DNA of 63,582 nt, filler included, from Octopus bimaculoides (taxonomy: Eukaryota): the NCBI RefSeq assembly GCF_001194135.2. It is 6 parts of 6 records of this genome, joined end to end, with 100 filler letters (N's around TTAATTAATTAA, not from the genome) between each part and the next. Parts side by side here need not be neighbours in the genome. Positions count along the whole stretch, not along the records: positions 60,578 to 63,582 come from NC_068983.1; 5 more parts are not named here. One strand, written 5' to 3'. Shown piece after piece: positions 62,361-63,582 of this stretch (positions are counted from its first letter, which is position 1; every line of letters begins with the position of its first letter). The position numbers and the translations under genes are program-made. The notes below the pieces were generated by a model, which saw only the letters and a list, made by a program, of their open reading frames with translations, was not told the origin of the DNA and did not search any database.

Positions 62361-63547
62361 ACTAAATCTAGATGTGTGCAGCCACTTTTGCTGTGATTGC
62401 AATTTGAACCACCATCTACAGAATACATGCGCACATGTGTTTGAGTGTATATGTTGGTACGTGTGTGTGTATGTGTGTGTGAACCTGTGTGCGCACGTGT
62501 GCGTGCGTCTGAGTGCATGTGTATGTTAGTGGCATGTGTGTGTGTGTGTGTGTGTGAATGCGTGTGCGTATGTGTGCGAGGTATGTGTGTGCACTCTTGT
62601 ACGTGTGTGAATCCGTTTGCATATGTGTGCGTGCGAGTAAGGGTGTCATTTGTACGTGTGTGTATGTGTGTGAATGAGTGTGCATACATGTGTGTGCGTG
62701 TATATGTTTGTACGCGTGCGTGTGAATCCATGTGCGTACGTGTGCGTGCGTGTGAATGCGTGCGCGTACGTGCGTGTGTATTTATCTACCGGTGGTTTCC
62801 GATTTGCGTTCGTTCGAGTTACCATTCTTCGTTATTACGATATAACCCCAGTAGCGATGGTAAGATTGCTTTCATCTCATACAGTACAGTACAGCACGAC
62901 ACTTAGGACTGGCAGAGGGACGCTGCCAGCTCTGTATCTGTTCTCGCTCCTATTTCTTGACATGGCGTCGTGTCATAGATTTCCATTTTGCTATACACAT
63001 GTGATAACTGTGTATGTATACATATGAATGTACATATATAAGTAAGCATGTGTGTGTGTGTGTGTGTATGTGTGTGCATTAATATGTATTTTAATGTAAA
63101 GTGATATATAAAGGCAATATTAAACTGAAAGATTACATTTTCGTAGAGTACATATTTCTAAATTTTTTACAAGACAAAGGTTGACAAGGCTTTCGGAGAG
63201 TCGGCTTCTTCGGAAGCAAGTTGAAGCTGTGAAGTCATAATCAAACGTTTATGTATGTATGTATGTATGTATGTATGTGTGTGTGTTTTTGTGCGTGTGT
63301 GTGTATGTGTGAATGTATGTATGTGTGTGTGTATGTATGTATGTATGTATGTGTGTATCTGTGCGTGTGTGTGTGTATGTGTCTATGTATGTATGTATGT
63401 GTGTATGTATGTATGTATGTATGTATCTATGTATGTATGTATGTATGTATGCATGTATGCATGGTTTTATATGCATGTGTAATTATATATAAGTTTATAT
63501 ACATACACAGAGAAACAAGCTAAAACCGTATAGGCAAAATTAATTTT

Positions 63548-63582
<35 letters not shown>

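Overview
This is a repeat-dense, gapped metazoan scaffold window. AT-richness, very dense microsatellites and the tRNA-derived SINE families suggest a coleoid cephalopod, probably Octopus (inference). The only host gene I can support is the 3' half of a U1 small nuclear ribonucleoprotein 70 kDa gene (snrnp70/U1-70K, + strand). It has five coding exons between 50366 and 56035 with clean GT-AG junctions; the upstream exons are not visible. The rest is decayed transposons: CR1/L2-group RT fragments, several RLE-type R4/Dong-like LINEs including one near-full-length copy, two Penelope-like elements (one with Naiad signatures), mariner, piggyBac and hAT relics, an RTE-like 3' end, at least three SINE families, and several long inverted repeats. 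The best lead is the 3.66-kb snrnp70 intron 50448-54108. It is free of recognisable repeats and holds a candidate poison exon (strong branch point/3' splice site; junction codon T+AG = stop) plus a cluster of consensus 5' splice sites. This mirrors the U1C/U1-70K autoregulatory switch known from vertebrates. Other leads are a Penelope-type hammerhead ribozyme motif (61694-61752), a perfect 196-bp inverted duplication with a (TTAGGG)n tract at its breakpoint, a ~780-bp foldback element, and microsatellite-targeted R4/Dong insertions. Family assignments rest on motif recognition, not database searches, and TE boundaries are approximate.
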